In this document: piece after piece, positions 63,186-64,000 of the stretch
Numbering within the stretch: position 1 is the stretch's first letter
Layout of the letters: each line of letters starts with the position of its first letter
Assembly (NCBI GenBank): GCA_002189035.1
Contig: NEEC01000011.1
Coordinates: 3,162,001-3,226,000, forward strand
DNA length: 64,000 bases
Origin: Utricularia gibba
Taxonomy: Eukaryota > Plantae > Magnoliophyta
Reading direction: 5' to 3'
Notes under the pieces: generated by a model
What the model was told of the DNA's origin: nothing
Seen by the model: the letters and a program-made list of their open reading frames with translations, nothing else
Databases searched by the model: none
Position numbers and translations under genes: made by a program

Positions 63186-64000
63186 CAAATGGTGTTGTGT
63201 TGTTTCAGTTAAGGAGTCATTTTGTATGACAATGATGCTTCATCACGCACTTACCATGCAAGTGCTGGGTAACCATCTGCTCCGTCTGGGGCGTATTAGT
63301 ATTCAATGAACTGGACAACATGGGATTAAGAAGAACTTAGCAGATAAATAAACAAGAACAAAAGGTTTCAACCAAACTCCCCAAGATTTGACTTGTCTTT
63401 TGAATCGCCATTCTCTCCGATGAAGAATGGAAAGGCACACATGCTGAGATGCTCTTTCAGCCATAAACCATTCAAGGGAACTCGTAACCAGCTCACGCTC
63501 CTCCGTCCTTCAAAACCCCTAAATCAGTCGCCTCCTTCCGCTCATCAGTGCGCAGACCAACAACGACTACAGAGGCAATACCCATCAACGAATAATGCGT
63601 AAGCATGAAGTCAAGGAGGAAGCTGAATACTTACGATTACATCATTCGCGAGGTCAAAGGAAATCAAGTACCAGTAACGTCTTCCCCTGAAAAAAAGTGG
63701 AGGGAATTCCGCATAGATCGCTTCCCTTCCCTTCCCTTCTTCCGCCACCGAGATTCTTAGGTGGGAACTGACGGGTCGGGTCGGGTCAAGCGAGGAGACG
63801 GTGATGGGTACACAAATCCAGGTTTAAAAAGAACCAGAGGATACTTGAGTGGGGCCCCGTATCATCCAGTACCCGAATCTTTGGAGCCAAAATATACCGG
63901 GGGCGACTATCAAATATGAAACACATTCTGATCCAGCAATGAGCAAGCACCAAGATTCAATTTTTAAAAAGCTTCAGAGATCACTATCAAATATCAATAA

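Noticed and set aside
63400-64000. Splice-like signals and a repeated ACTATCAAATAT near the window end
   Set aside because: Too little context at the edge to build a gene or transposon model.

Overview
Gene-dense plant nuclear DNA, most likely a eudicot. NLR style suggests a lamiid/Lamiales species, and the tiny introns and spacers suggest a very compact genome (both inferences). About 22 protein-coding loci can be rebuilt by eye. In order: coiled-coil protein (partial), SINA E3 ligase, two tandem CC-NLRs, CRF-type AP2/ERF, SGT1, group-IIe WRKY, PrimPol, DUF21/CBS, a damaged HSP90.1-type gene, glutaminyl cyclase, an ectodomain-less RLK pseudokinase, two unknown conserved-looking proteins, SCL8-like GRAS, AAE3-like oxalate-CoA ligase, beta-tubulin, HIPP39-like HMA protein, NT-C2 coiled-coil protein, CFIm25, HOTHEAD-like GMC oxidoreductase and an AGL42/SOC1-clade MADS gene. 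The best candidate system is the immune module at 5.4-29 kb. It has a sensor-like NLR with a duplicated dead CC-NB module and a 4xCxxC insert, directly followed by an NRC-helper-like NLR, with SGT1, WRKY and an HSP90 copy nearby. That HSP90 copy carries a premature stop and an in-frame deletion. Caveat: twelve apparent -1 frameshifts, all at short homopolymer runs, hit otherwise intact genes including beta-tubulin. This points to uncorrected long-read or pyrosequencing errors, so frameshift-only pseudogene calls are unsafe here. All family assignments come from recalled motifs; no database search was run.
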